A stretch of 48,163 nt of DNA, taken from contig JBLHEU010000001.1 in assembly GCA_047614525.1 (NCBI GenBank), positions 1 through 48,163 of the forward strand, given 5' to 3'. Within the stretch, counting starts at the first letter, position 1. Every line of letters begins with the position of its first letter. Under the pieces are notes generated by a model. The model was not told where the DNA came from. It saw nothing but the letters and a program-made list of their open reading frames with translations, and searched no databases. A program made the translations under genes and the position numbers. Positions 9,052 through 19,059 of this stretch are shown in pieces. This DNA comes from Bacteroidia bacterium (GTDB lineage: Bacteria; Bacteroidota; Bacteroidia; UBA10329).

Positions 9052-11448
9052 ATGCGGAAAGTCCTTGTTTTTCTTCTCTGTGCGATTTCTATTGCCAATG
9101 GGTTTTCGCAAAACGTAATCCACGGGTTTGTTTTTGATGAGACGACTAACGAACCGCTCGTTTTTTCTCATTTGGTTTTGAATGATGGCCCGTTTGGAAC
9201 GACAACCGACTTAAACGGTTTTTTCGAGGCTGAAAGTCAGGTTTCCATTGAAAAAATAAAGGTGAAATACATTGGTTTTGAGACCAAGACTTTTCCTGTT
9301 AATTCTATTTCTGATACGGTTCGCCTATTCCTAAAACGCTCCGATAATGAATTGGCTGAGGTGACCGTTTTCCCTGGGGAGAACCCTGCGGAACGCATCA
9401 TCAAAAATGTGGTTAAGAATAGAAAGAAGAACGACCCAGGAAACCTGCCTTTTTTCACTTACAAAGCTTACGAGAAAACGATTTTTACGTTGGATGAGGA
9501 CACGGCAGTAGCCAACAAACGGTCTGCAGAAGATACCATGGTTGTGGCGATTCAAAAGCTGCTTGAAAAGCAACACATTATGATGTCCGAAAATGTGTAC
9601 GAGCGCAAATTCAGAAATGGTAAATACACCGATAACGTTCAAGCAACTCGTTTTTCTGGAATGAAAAACCCGCAGTTTGCCATGCTTGCAAGTCAGATGC
9701 AATCTTTCTCATTTTACAAGGATTATTTCACAGTCGGACAGCAAGGGTTTCTAGGGCCAATTAGCCCTAATAGTTGGAGTCAGTATTTCTTCAATATCGA
9801 GGACACAATTCGCATGCAGCAAGACACGGTTATCATTATTAGCTATCAGCCTAAAAAGGGAAAAAAGTTTGATGCCTTAAAGGGCCAGCTTCATATAAGC
9901 ATGAGTGATTACGCATTAAGAAATGCGACCGCAACAGTGGTGGGTGGGCAAGACGTTGAGATTGAAATTCAGCATAAATATGAAAAGCTGAATGAGGAAA
10001 CATGGTTTCCAACGCAGTTGAATATGAATTTCAAAATGCTGGGTTTAAACCTAGGCGGATTCAACATAAAAGGGGTTGGTACTACCTACAATAAAGAGGT
10101 GAATTTGAATGAAAAGGTGCGCCTTATAGACATAAGTACCAATACGCTGGAACTAGATACAAAAGCGCATAAAAAAGACTCAGCGTTTTGGAATGCGCAA
10201 AGAGAAACCCCCCTCTCAGCTAAAGAATTACGGACTTACCAAGTGATTGATAGTATTGGAAAAGAGCTGAAGTTTGAGCAGAGAATAAAGCTTTTAATCG
10301 CTTTTGCAACCGGTCGTTTTCCTATTGGCCCCGTTGAATTAGACTTAGATAAAATCATCGATTTTAACGAGTATGAAGGTTTCCGCTTAGGTGTTGGTTT
10401 GCACACAGCTCCCGACCTTATTAAATGGGCAAGTGTTGGCGCCTATGTTGCGTATGGATTTAAGGATAAAGAGGTCAAATACGGAGTCGATGTAGCCTTT
10501 ACGCTTCAGAAAAACCTTGGCCTTCAATTAAGAGGAAAGTATTATCATGATGTAAGGGAAATAGGTGCACAGGAGTTTCTGGTTGCTGACAATCAATCGC
10601 TAGGAGAAATGTTTGCTGATCTTGTTGTTCAACGGATGGATTTAATCAATGGTTGGAATGCGGGTGTTCGGATAAACCCATTGCGTGGTTGGCATTTTGA
10701 AGCCGAATTCAGACATCAAGACGAAGAGAGCAAGCATGGTTACCGATATGTGCCAGAAAACACAACGGATAGCCTGACAAAAGCCAAATACGCGGAGGTT
10801 AGAGTAGGATTTCGATTTGCTCCTTTTGAGAGGAAAATGAGGTTGGGAACTAGAGAGATAATTCAAAACCCAGGATCCGTTATTCTCTGGGCCACAGTTA
10901 CAAAGGGTTTCAAGGGTATTCTTTCGTCAGACTATGATTATTGGAAAGCAGACTTGAAGCTTCAAGGAAAGTTCCGTATCCGAAAACTGGGTATGGAATA
11001 TTGGCAATTGAACGCAGGGTGGGTTTCTAATCCAACGCCTTATTTGAAGATGTATACGCCAAAATCTAATTATGATGATGTTTCGATTTTCTCGCCTAAC
11101 TCTTTTGAGACAATTCGGCCAAATGAGTTTTTGAACGAGCTAATAATTGGCGTGCATCATCGCCATAATTTTGGTTCGGTTAAAACTGGAATTAAATGGA
11201 TTAAGCCAGAATTTAATTGGGTGAATAGCTTTGGTATTGGATGGTTGAGAGAACCGGAACGCCACACGGGATTAAAAATTCAAGATATGAGTATGGGCTA
11301 TTACGAAACTGGTCTAATAATTGACGATATTATCAAGTTAAACCTGATTGGAATTGGTGGAGGTGTTTTTTACCGCTACGGACCGTATGCTTTTTCCAAG
11401 CAAATTGATAACCTTGCATTTAAAATCAGCATGAAAATCGGTTTTTAA
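9052..11448 (+). CDS. Carboxypeptidase-regulatory-like domain plus DUF5686-type outer-membrane protein
   Basis: Signal peptide 'MRKVLVFLLCAISIANGFSQ', an N-terminal CarbopepD_reg-like 'IHGFVFDETTNEPLVFSHLVLNDGPFGTTTDLNGFF', and a large beta-rich C-terminal part. The DUF name is from memory. Confidence 0.65.
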   Translation: MRKVLVFLLCAISIANGFSQNVIHGFVFDETTNEPLVFSHLVLNDGPFGTTTDLNGFFEAESQVSIEKIKVKYIGFETKTFPVNSISDTVRLFLKRSDNELAEVTVFPGENPAERIIKNVVKNRKKNDPGNLPFFTYKAYEKTIFTLDEDTAVANKRSAEDTMVVAIQKLLEKQHIMMSENVYERKFRNGKYTDNVQATRFSGMKNPQFAMLASQMQSFSFYKDYFTVGQQGFLGPISPNSWSQYFFNIEDTIRMQQDTVIIISYQPKKGKKFDALKGQLHISMSDYALRNATATVVGGQDVEIEIQHKYEKLNEETWFPTQLNMNFKMLGLNLGGFNIKGVGTTYNKEVNLNEKVRLIDISTNTLELDTKAHKKDSAFWNAQRETPLSAKELRTYQVIDSIGKELKFEQRIKLLIAFATGRFPIGPVELDLDKIIDFNEYEGFRLGVGLHTAPDLIKWASVGAYVAYGFKDKEVKYGVDVAFTLQKNLGLQLRGKYYHDVREIGAQEFLVADNQSLGEMFADLVVQRMDLINGWNAGVRINPLRGWHFEAEFRHQDEESKHGYRYVPENTTDSLTKAKYAEVRVGFRFAPFERKMRLGTREIIQNPGSVILWATVTKGFKGILSSDYDYWKADLKLQGKFRIRKLGMEYWQLNAGWVSNPTPYLKMYTPKSNYDDVSIFSPNSFETIRPNEFLNELIIGVHHRHNFGSVKTGIKWIKPEFNWVNSFGIGWLREPERHTGLKIQDMSMGYYETGLIIDDIIKLNLIGIGGGVFYRYGPYAFSKQIDNLAFKISMKIGF

Positions 11449-12155
11449 TGGCATCAGCAAAATCGTTGGGAGTTGAGGTTCCGAAGCCAGATAAGGGCGG
11501 AAGGAGATTGGTTATTACCGATGTACATGGTTGCGGTAGAACGTTTGCTAAGCTGCTTAAAAAGGTGGCGTTAACGCGAGATGATCAACTGTTTTTACTC
11601 GGAGATTTTATCAATCGGGGACCAAGGAGTAAAAAGGTATTAGACACAATTATTCACCTTAAAGAAGATGGTTATCAGGTGTTTCCAACCATGGGTAATC
11701 ATGAGGAACACCTGCTTCATTTAGTGGATACTAACCCTGATAATTTGTCAAGTTTACTTGCGCCTAGATTATCAACAAATCTTCTCAACAAAAAAGGAAA
11801 TGTTCGAGGGAGATTCTTTCGTTTTATTCGTTCGTTACCGTATTACTACGCTTTAGAGGATTACTACCTCGTTCACGCAGGTTTTAACTTGTCTAAAAAG
11901 AAGCCTTTCACTGATTCTCATTCTATGGCTTGGATGAGAAATTTCTCCATCGATAAGAAGCTAAACGGACGAAAAGTAATTTTCGGTCATACGCCAACTA
12001 AGCTGTTTAAAATTCAGAGCAACATAGGCGAAAATGCTAAGTCTATTTGCTTGGATAATGGCTGTTCTCACCCCTCTTTGGGCGTTGAATACAGCTCGTT
12101 GCTTTGCTACGATTTAGATAGCAAAAAGCTCTTTAGACAAAAGAATATCGATTAG
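11448..12155 (+). CDS. Metallophosphoesterase (PPP-family Ser/Thr phosphatase, ApaH/PrpE-like)
   Basis: Motifs 'ITDVHGC', 'GDFINRGP', 'GNHE' and 'GHTP'. The start overlaps the upstream stop as TAATG. Confidence 0.85.
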   Translation: MASAKSLGVEVPKPDKGGRRLVITDVHGCGRTFAKLLKKVALTRDDQLFLLGDFINRGPRSKKVLDTIIHLKEDGYQVFPTMGNHEEHLLHLVDTNPDNLSSLLAPRLSTNLLNKKGNVRGRFFRFIRSLPYYYALEDYYLVHAGFNLSKKKPFTDSHSMAWMRNFSIDKKLNGRKVIFGHTPTKLFKIQSNIGENAKSICLDNGCSHPSLGVEYSSLLCYDLDSKKLFRQKNID

Positions 12156-12805
12156 AAGAAGCTAAAGCCGAAGGTTAATAGAAGTCGGTGATAAGCGTCT
12201 TTAAGCTCGGGTTCAAAAGCAGATGCATTTGTAAATCCATCCGACCTATTCCAAACATTTAGGAACTGATAACCGAGTGAAGTATTGAGTTGGCCGTGTC
12301 CTCCAAGTTTAAGCCCAAAGCCAATTACTGGTTCTACAAACGCTCCATCCCACGTGTAAACATCTTCGGAATAAATGCTCGAAACATTCTCAGTAAAGAT
12401 GTGGGTGTAGCCACCTTTTAGTTCGGTGTATGGTCTAAAACGGCCTTTCGAGAAGTGAATTCTTGCATGTCCAAAAGCTGATAGTTTGTGTTGCTTGGCG
12501 TTTGGATCAAGCGGTGTTCCATTATTATCTGAAGGCTGAAAGGTGTACGCGATTCCCGGTCCGAGAAAGAAAAGGTCGCCAAAAAGCGCCCCAAAAGAAG
12601 AACTCACCCTTGGAGCAGGAAACTTGTATCCAGCAACCTCAACCTCATTTTCACCACCACCATCAACGCTTTGAATTTGAGTGGTTTTTCCTAATTGAAA
12701 CCCAAAAGTGACTTCGGTAATATTTGAGAATTTAATCTTCTTATCCTGCCCTTGGCATGAGAAAGAAGTTACTCCAATGACCAATCCTATTATCAGCTTT
12801 TTCAT
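12152..12805 (-). CDS. Small outer-membrane beta-barrel protein
   Basis: Signal peptide 'MKKLIIGLVIGVTSFSC', alternating beta-strand pattern and a C-terminal '...LLLTFGFSFF' beta-signal ending in Phe. The start is uncertain (12805 or 12832). Confidence 0.55.
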   Translation of the reverse strand: MKKLIIGLVIGVTSFSCQGQDKKIKFSNITEVTFGFQLGKTTQIQSVDGGGENEVEVAGYKFPAPRVSSSFGALFGDLFFLGPGIAYTFQPSDNNGTPLDPNAKQHKLSAFGHARIHFSKGRFRPYTELKGGYTHIFTENVSSIYSEDVYTWDGAFVEPVIGFGLKLGGHGQLNTSLGYQFLNVWNRSDGFTNASAFEPELKDAYHRLLLTFGFSFF

Positions 12806-12963
12806 CCTTTTCTGCTTTTCCCGATTTGACATGTTTAAACGCCATCGGTAAAGCGATATTATGGAATAAGCCCTCTTGCGAAATGGACAAATGCACAAAG
12901 AAATCACCAGCGGGATGTTTAGAACCAAAGCAAATCGGCAATAAGAAAGGGCCTTTTAGAACA

Positions 12964-15228
12964 TCAGTTGGTTACAGATAATCGGACCGTGCCTATGGTC
13001 TCGTTAGTTTTCCATCTAAGCAGATACACCCCCGTACTGGATTCAGTCAATCGGATGTCAGCGCGATTAGCCCTAACGTTCGCTTCAAACATGATTTGTC
13101 TTCCAGTAATGTCAGTGAGCTCAAAGAATCCATCATCAGTAAAATCTCCTGCAACTACAAACGACCCCATATTTGGGTTTGGGTACACGTCAATTTTAAC
13201 CAATCTGTATTCGCTAATACCAACTTGGTCCGTTACTATAAAATCAAATGTGGCTGTACAGCCCTCAGCATCTATTATCGTTACAGAGTATGGACCAACC
13301 GTAAGTCCAGTTATGTCTTCGGTTGCAAATCCAGTTGACCATAAAAAACTATAGGGTGGCGTACCTCCAGCTGGAGTAAAATCTATTGCACCATTATTAC
13401 CTTGAGTTGCCGAAATTATGATTTCCGAACCTGTAATATCTGCTGGTTGATTCAAGGTCACAGAGGTTCCGGTTGTACAACCCGTACTATCCGTAACAGT
13501 AAGCACATAAATACCAGACCCAATACCGTTTGGGTCTTCAATTGCACCGAGTGCGTTGTCCCAGTTATAGGTGTATGGGTCGGTTCCACCAGTAACGGTC
13601 ACATTTATAGCTCCATCCAAACTTCCAAAGCAAGAAGTGTGTTCAATTGATTCGGTATTAACGGTTAACGAACCGCATTCTGTGCTGAAAACACCGTTGA
13701 TTAAGAGCTCCGTATTGTTGTTTTCTCTGTAAACTGCCCAGTTGCCACCAATGTATTCAAAAGATTGTCTTGAAATTGGCCCTACCTGTTCCGAACCAAG
13801 CCCAATAGTGCTGTTTATCTCATGAATCCAGCCTACGAAAATGCCACCAGATGTAATCTCAATTGGGTTGGAAAGAGGAACATTTACCCACGCATTTGTG
13901 GTAAAACTTGTTCCCGAAACGAATTCAGTGGTAAGGCTAGTTCCTGGAATACTTGAGCCTAGATTATCATCATAGATTTCAATTTGAAAATTTTGAGGCC
14001 CTCCAGCATCTACCATGTAAACCGCAACAGATTCTAGTGTTACCGGGTAGCTGGGAGGTTTCAAATAAACGCCTGCCCCACCATCTCCTCCTTGCCATAA
14101 GACAGAGGTTAAAGCAAGGGCTTGAGTAGCATAGCTAAGCATAAAATCACCTTGGGTCATGTCTACCGAATTAATCTCGGTATTAGATATGTTATTCCCG
14201 AGGTTTACATCATCAGCGTTCACTGTTTCTGTTTGATAGAAATACTGACCAGGAGATAGGTTTGCAGGATCAGAAAACACCACTGTGTTTGCGCCACCGG
14301 CAGAAAGGTTAGGGATAGTGTCCACCCCTGTGTAAACGGTAATATTATTCAAATCATTTAGTCTTCCATTAACCAAAATTTCGGACGTGATATCTGCATT
14401 TCCGAAGTTGGAGATTCCCGTTTGTAAGTTAAAATCTGATTGAGCCAAAACGAATTGGCCTTTGTTATCGATGTTCTGATTCCAGTCGGGACCAGCATCT
14501 TGAACACTATACGTTACAGGGTTTGGGTAGTAGAATTTAATGGCATAGTTATCCGCAGGAACAACTTCTTGATAAACCTGAAGCCCAATGCCTCCAGTCA
14601 AGTTCTCAATTCCAATTATTAGGTCCTGATCACATCCTACTTGATTATTCAGGTTTACCTGATCTACATCAAGGTACTGGTAGGTAATGCTCGAATCCTG
14701 AGCCGAAAGAATAACCTGAAACGTATTGGACCCCAAATAGCCTGGAGCATTTACATTCCACCAAGGAGCACCTACATAAGACACGATGTATCTGTCATTA
14801 GGTTGGTCGTAGTAGTAGTAAACATCAGCTTCAAAGCCGGGTTGGCTTATCAAAAGGTCGGTCATCATTGGAGCAAGAAAGTGATCGGCCGAACCGCCAG
14901 CAGTTGGCATAGTTGGAAAGCAATGCGCAATATTTGATGCTAAACTGAAACCTATCCAGCCGTTGGAGCCTACGATAAGTTTGGTAATGTCGCTCCAATA
15001 ATAATGGAATATCATCCCATCCATAGAGATAAACGCAGTAGCATTATCGTCTGTCAGTCCAGTTATCGGTGTTCCGCTGGTTGTAATATCTACCCAGTCA
15101 AAGCTCGGCCCGTTAGGATCATTGCTATCTCTCCAAGTGTAGCCGTATGCGTCTGGGCCGCCATTTGTTTGGGCGGAAATAAATTGACTGCTGAATAAAG
15201 TGATGCAGATAGTAAAGAGATTCTTCAT
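12964..15228 (-). CDS. T9SS-secreted protein with a conserved N-terminal domain of unknown function, two SprB-type repeats and a type-A C-terminal sorting domain
   Basis: Signal peptide ending 'FISAQ'. SprB-repeat pattern 'CFGSLDGAINVTVTGGTDPYTYNWDN' and 'GGTPPYSFLWSTG'. C-terminal 'VYPNPNMGSFVV...GVYLLRW'. Confidence 0.8.
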   Translation of the reverse strand: MKNLFTICITLFSSQFISAQTNGGPDAYGYTWRDSNDPNGPSFDWVDITTSGTPITGLTDDNATAFISMDGMIFHYYWSDITKLIVGSNGWIGFSLASNIAHCFPTMPTAGGSADHFLAPMMTDLLISQPGFEADVYYYYDQPNDRYIVSYVGAPWWNVNAPGYLGSNTFQVILSAQDSSITYQYLDVDQVNLNNQVGCDQDLIIGIENLTGGIGLQVYQEVVPADNYAIKFYYPNPVTYSVQDAGPDWNQNIDNKGQFVLAQSDFNLQTGISNFGNADITSEILVNGRLNDLNNITVYTGVDTIPNLSAGGANTVVFSDPANLSPGQYFYQTETVNADDVNLGNNISNTEINSVDMTQGDFMLSYATQALALTSVLWQGGDGGAGVYLKPPSYPVTLESVAVYMVDAGGPQNFQIEIYDDNLGSSIPGTSLTTEFVSGTSFTTNAWVNVPLSNPIEITSGGIFVGWIHEINSTIGLGSEQVGPISRQSFEYIGGNWAVYRENNNTELLINGVFSTECGSLTVNTESIEHTSCFGSLDGAINVTVTGGTDPYTYNWDNALGAIEDPNGIGSGIYVLTVTDSTGCTTGTSVTLNQPADITGSEIIISATQGNNGAIDFTPAGGTPPYSFLWSTGFATEDITGLTVGPYSVTIIDAEGCTATFDFIVTDQVGISEYRLVKIDVYPNPNMGSFVVAGDFTDDGFFELTDITGRQIMFEANVRANRADIRLTESSTGVYLLRWKTNETIGTVRLSVTN

Positions 15229-15356
15229 AATTAGAGGTTTGGTTAATCTAATATAGCCTAAACTAATTTTTACTGAATGTACTGTCGCAAATCAGGTAGG
15301 TAGGACTAAAACTTTAAGCTTGTGTTAACAAGATTGTCTAGGCTGAAAGTATACCA

Positions 15357-15364
15357 TACATTTG
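15357..15364 (+). promoter_or_regulatory. -7 promoter box TACATTTG for the LTD / TonB-dependent receptor / endonuclease operon
   Basis: Perfect TAnnTTTG, with 16 nt between the box and the ATG at 15381. Confidence 0.4.
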
Positions 15365-15380
15365 TTGCATAATCATAACT

Positions 15381-16289
15381 ATGAAAAGACTATTACTTCT
15401 ATCCCTACTAACGGCAAGTTTTGCTGGAGTACAGGCACAAGGTTGCTCCGATTTGTTCATTTCAGAATACGTTGAGGGCACAGGAAACAACAAGGCAATT
15501 GAAATTTACAATCCAACTGCAGCGGCAATTGATATGTCGGGATATCAAATGGGTCGTTTCCGCGATGGTTCTGGCTCTCCTATGCTTGTTGCGCTTTCTG
15601 GCTCTATTGGCCCATACGAAACGTACGTTGTTGCGTTGGATAAACGAGATCAAGGTGGCACAGGAAATGAAGAGCCAATTGATGCGGCTTTAGAAGCAGT
15701 GGCTGACACGTTTGTGAACCCAGTTTATGTTCAAGCAAATTCTCCGTTTTACTTTAATGGTGATGATGCATTTGGTCTTTTTAGAGGAGACGGAACTGTT
15801 TTGGTTGACCTTTTTGGTAAAATTGGTGAAGACCCAGGTACTGCTTGGAGCGATGAAAACGGAACATGGTGGTCAAACAATCATACGCTTATTAGAAAGT
15901 CTTCCGTACTTGGTGGTGTACTCGACAATCCAGCTGAATTTTTGGTTCAAACGGAATGGGATAGTCTTCCGGAAAACACATTTTCTGAGCTCGGAATGCA
16001 CATGTGCGATTGCCAGACTTTAGGAATAGAAGATGGTAAAGCAACTCAGTTTAGCATGTATCCAAACCCTGCTGTTGATAAGGAATTATCGATTAATGCT
16101 ACACAAAACCTGAAGTCTATTCAGGTGTTTAATATTCTTGGTCAAGAGGCAGATAAAGTTTCTCTCGACAAGAAAAACACGAATTCTCACAAGTTGATTC
16201 TAGATCACCTTAGAACTGGAATCTATATTGTTCGAGTTACTCTGGATAATGGAGCGATTCTTTCTAGAAAAGTAATGCTCGGTAAGTAA
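15381..16289 (+). CDS. Lamin-tail-domain (LTD) protein with T9SS C-terminal sorting domain
   Basis: Signal peptide 'MKRLLLLSLLTASFAGVQAQ'. LTD start motif 'CSDLFISEYVEGTGNNKAIEIYNPT', paralogous to the motif in the 2891-7861 protein. C-terminal 'MYPNPAVDKEL...GIYIVRV'. Confidence 0.8.
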   Translation: MKRLLLLSLLTASFAGVQAQGCSDLFISEYVEGTGNNKAIEIYNPTAAAIDMSGYQMGRFRDGSGSPMLVALSGSIGPYETYVVALDKRDQGGTGNEEPIDAALEAVADTFVNPVYVQANSPFYFNGDDAFGLFRGDGTVLVDLFGKIGEDPGTAWSDENGTWWSNNHTLIRKSSVLGGVLDNPAEFLVQTEWDSLPENTFSELGMHMCDCQTLGIEDGKATQFSMYPNPAVDKELSINATQNLKSIQVFNILGQEADKVSLDKKNTNSHKLILDHLRTGIYIVRVTLDNGAILSRKVMLGK

Positions 16290-16296
16290 GCCGTTC

Positions 16297-19056
16297 ATGA
16301 AGAATTTTCTCGCAGTCTTTTTTGCGGTTTTAATTACTGCAAGTGGCTCATATGCTCAGAAAACGCGGATATATGGTGTTGTAAAAGACGCCTCATCTGG
16401 GGAATCGCTCATTTCTGCAAATGTGGTTTATGGCGATGGTTTGGGAGTGGTTACAGACCTTGACGGAAAATTCTCCTTAGATGTAGCAAACGGTGATTAC
16501 ACGTTAGCGATTACCTACATCGGTTATGAAGCAATTTCCAAACAGGTAAAGGCTAATGGAGGTCTGTTAGAACTGAACTTTGCCCTGAAGACCATGACTC
16601 TTAATGAGGTACAGGTTGTGGCGGATATGGCAATTGACCGTGAAACACCCGTTGCATTTACGAACATCGAGCCAGCCAAAATTAAGGAAGAGCTTTCGTC
16701 ACAGCCAATCCCCATGTTACTGAACTCAACACCTGGCGTTTATGCTAGTCAGCAGGGTGGAGGTGCAGGAGATGCACGGGTAACCATTCGAGGATTTTCT
16801 CAGCGAAACATTTCGGTTCAGATTGATGGGGTTCCAATGAATGATATGGAGAACGGTTGGGTGTATTGGAGCAATTGGTTTGGGCTGAGTGGAGTGACAC
16901 AGCGAATTCAGGTTCAACGTGGACTTGGAGCAAGTAAACTTTCAATTCCTGCAGTAGGTGGTAGCATGAACATTCTCACTACAGGAATCACTTCTAAGCG
17001 TTCCACAGAAATTGCATTAACGGTCGGTAACAACGGAAAAATTCAGACCAGTGTCAGTTACAACTCTGGCCGGCTGGAGAAAGGCTGGGGAGTAACAGCC
17101 GCTTTTGCATACGATCGTCAAAACGGTTGGGTTGATGCAACTTGGGCAAGTCGTTTTTTCTACTTCGTGAAACTTCAAAAACAGATTGGAAACCACACTT
17201 TAAGCGTTTCTGGAATGGGAGCACCGCAAGAACGTGGTCAGCGTAGCTGGATGCAACAGATTTTCCTTTATGATAAGGAGTATGCAGAAAAGGCTGGCGC
17301 AGACTTGAACCACGTTTCAGTTACAAGTCATCCTCTTCCAGGTAATTATGGCACGCGTTACAATCAGCAATGGGGAAATGTTATCCGCAATCGGACTGAT
17401 GCCAATGCAATGTCTGAACAACAAAATGTGGCTACCAATTTTTATCACAAACCGATTTTCAATTTCAAACACTTTTGGGCCAAGGATAAATGGGCAATTT
17501 CAAACATTGTTTATGGTTCTTTTGGAAAAGGTGGAGGAACACAACTGAGGGGAAACACAGGATTGTTTGATTCTCAAGGACAGTATGGCCTTTCTGGGTT
17601 ATATCAGGAAAACATTTCGGGAACCATTTTTGTCCCACCTTACGATACAACAGCAGTAAATGACACCAGCCAATACAAGTCTAAAAACTTCATTTTGGCC
17701 AATATGAATAACCATTATTGGTACGGTTTACTTTCTACCATCAACCATAAATTCAATAAAAATTGGGATTTGGCTGTGGGAATAGATTTTCGTTCGTTTT
17801 GGGTTGAAAGATTCAGTACGCCATACGATTTGTTAGGAGGCAATTATGCCGTTATCAACCCCACCACAGCGCAAGGCGATTTGTTTGACCCGACAGATAA
17901 TGTTAAACGTCCGGGAGATGTGGCTGGATATCGTGCAAATACAAGTGTTTACACTGGTGGAGTATTTGCGCAACTGGAGTATAAAAAAGACAAGATTGCT
18001 GGATTTATTAGTGTTTCCGGTGCGAACAATTCTTATAAGCGTTCTGATCAATACAGGAAGCGCGACTTAGTACTAGGCGACACGACTTATTCCCAGGCAA
18101 TTGGAATTAATGACACCATTGTGCACAACGGACAGACCTACACACACAATAGCAAGGAAACGAGAAACGCCACCACAGACTGGATTCATTTTCAAGGTGG
18201 AACCGCCAAAATGGGAGTGAACTACAACATTACGGACCACATGAATGTGTTTGTGAATGGAGGTGTTTTTCTCCGCCCGCCAACTATTTCAGATGTGTAT
18301 GCAGGTACAAGCTTCAATATTGTAGATGGAGTTAAAACCGAATTGGCTTGGGGCGTTGAATTGGGCTACTCGGTTAAGTACCCAAGGTGGGCCGCCAATT
18401 TGAATTTATACAGAACCACTTGGGAAACTCGGCCGGTAAGGACATCCGTAGCTATCGGTGGTACACCAACCACTATTAATATTCCAAATATTGGGTCGGT
18501 ACATCAAGGCGTTGAAGTGGATGCCGTTTATAAAACGCCATGGTTCTTTGATATCGAAGGCCTCGTTTCATTCGGAGATTGGCGATGGAAAGGAAGCGCT
18601 TTGGCATACTACTATCAAGATGGAGTTGACACCCCTGTTGATTCTGTTGATGTTGATGCCAACGGAGTTCATGTTGGTGATGCCGCACAGTTTCAGCTTG
18701 CAGGCAGCATCAAAATCAAACCCGTAAAAGGTGTCTACATTAAAGGTCAGTTTACGTATTTCGATAATTACTTCTCAGATTTTAACCCACTTGATTTACA
18801 AGACGAAAACCGAGGAAGGGACTCTTGGAAAGTACCTTCTTATTACCTGTTTGACATACATGCTGGTTGGACCATCAAACTCAAGAAAATGGACGTAAGT
18901 CTAAGAGTGAGTGTATTAAACGTCTTAAACAAAACTTATATTTCTGATGCCCGCAATAATGCGGTTTCTGGTTCGCAAACATTTGATGCTACATCCGCAC
19001 AAGTATTTATGGGTCAGGGAAGACGTTGGACTGCAACCGTTGCCGTAAAATTTTAA
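16297..19056 (+). CDS. TonB-dependent receptor with an N-terminal carboxypeptidase-regulatory-like domain. No SusD-like partner is present.
   Basis: 'IYGVVKDASSGESLISANV', plug 'ARVTIRGFSQRNISVQIDGVPMND', a large beta-barrel and a C-terminal Phe. It starts 7 nt after the LTD gene stop. Confidence 0.9.
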   Translation: MKNFLAVFFAVLITASGSYAQKTRIYGVVKDASSGESLISANVVYGDGLGVVTDLDGKFSLDVANGDYTLAITYIGYEAISKQVKANGGLLELNFALKTMTLNEVQVVADMAIDRETPVAFTNIEPAKIKEELSSQPIPMLLNSTPGVYASQQGGGAGDARVTIRGFSQRNISVQIDGVPMNDMENGWVYWSNWFGLSGVTQRIQVQRGLGASKLSIPAVGGSMNILTTGITSKRSTEIALTVGNNGKIQTSVSYNSGRLEKGWGVTAAFAYDRQNGWVDATWASRFFYFVKLQKQIGNHTLSVSGMGAPQERGQRSWMQQIFLYDKEYAEKAGADLNHVSVTSHPLPGNYGTRYNQQWGNVIRNRTDANAMSEQQNVATNFYHKPIFNFKHFWAKDKWAISNIVYGSFGKGGGTQLRGNTGLFDSQGQYGLSGLYQENISGTIFVPPYDTTAVNDTSQYKSKNFILANMNNHYWYGLLSTINHKFNKNWDLAVGIDFRSFWVERFSTPYDLLGGNYAVINPTTAQGDLFDPTDNVKRPGDVAGYRANTSVYTGGVFAQLEYKKDKIAGFISVSGANNSYKRSDQYRKRDLVLGDTTYSQAIGINDTIVHNGQTYTHNSKETRNATTDWIHFQGGTAKMGVNYNITDHMNVFVNGGVFLRPPTISDVYAGTSFNIVDGVKTELAWGVELGYSVKYPRWAANLNLYRTTWETRPVRTSVAIGGTPTTINIPNIGSVHQGVEVDAVYKTPWFFDIEGLVSFGDWRWKGSALAYYYQDGVDTPVDSVDVDANGVHVGDAAQFQLAGSIKIKPVKGVYIKGQFTYFDNYFSDFNPLDLQDENRGRDSWKVPSYYLFDIHAGWTIKLKKMDVSLRVSVLNVLNKTYISDARNNAVSGSQTFDATSAQVFMGQGRRWTATVAVKF

Positions 19057-19059
19057 TAA

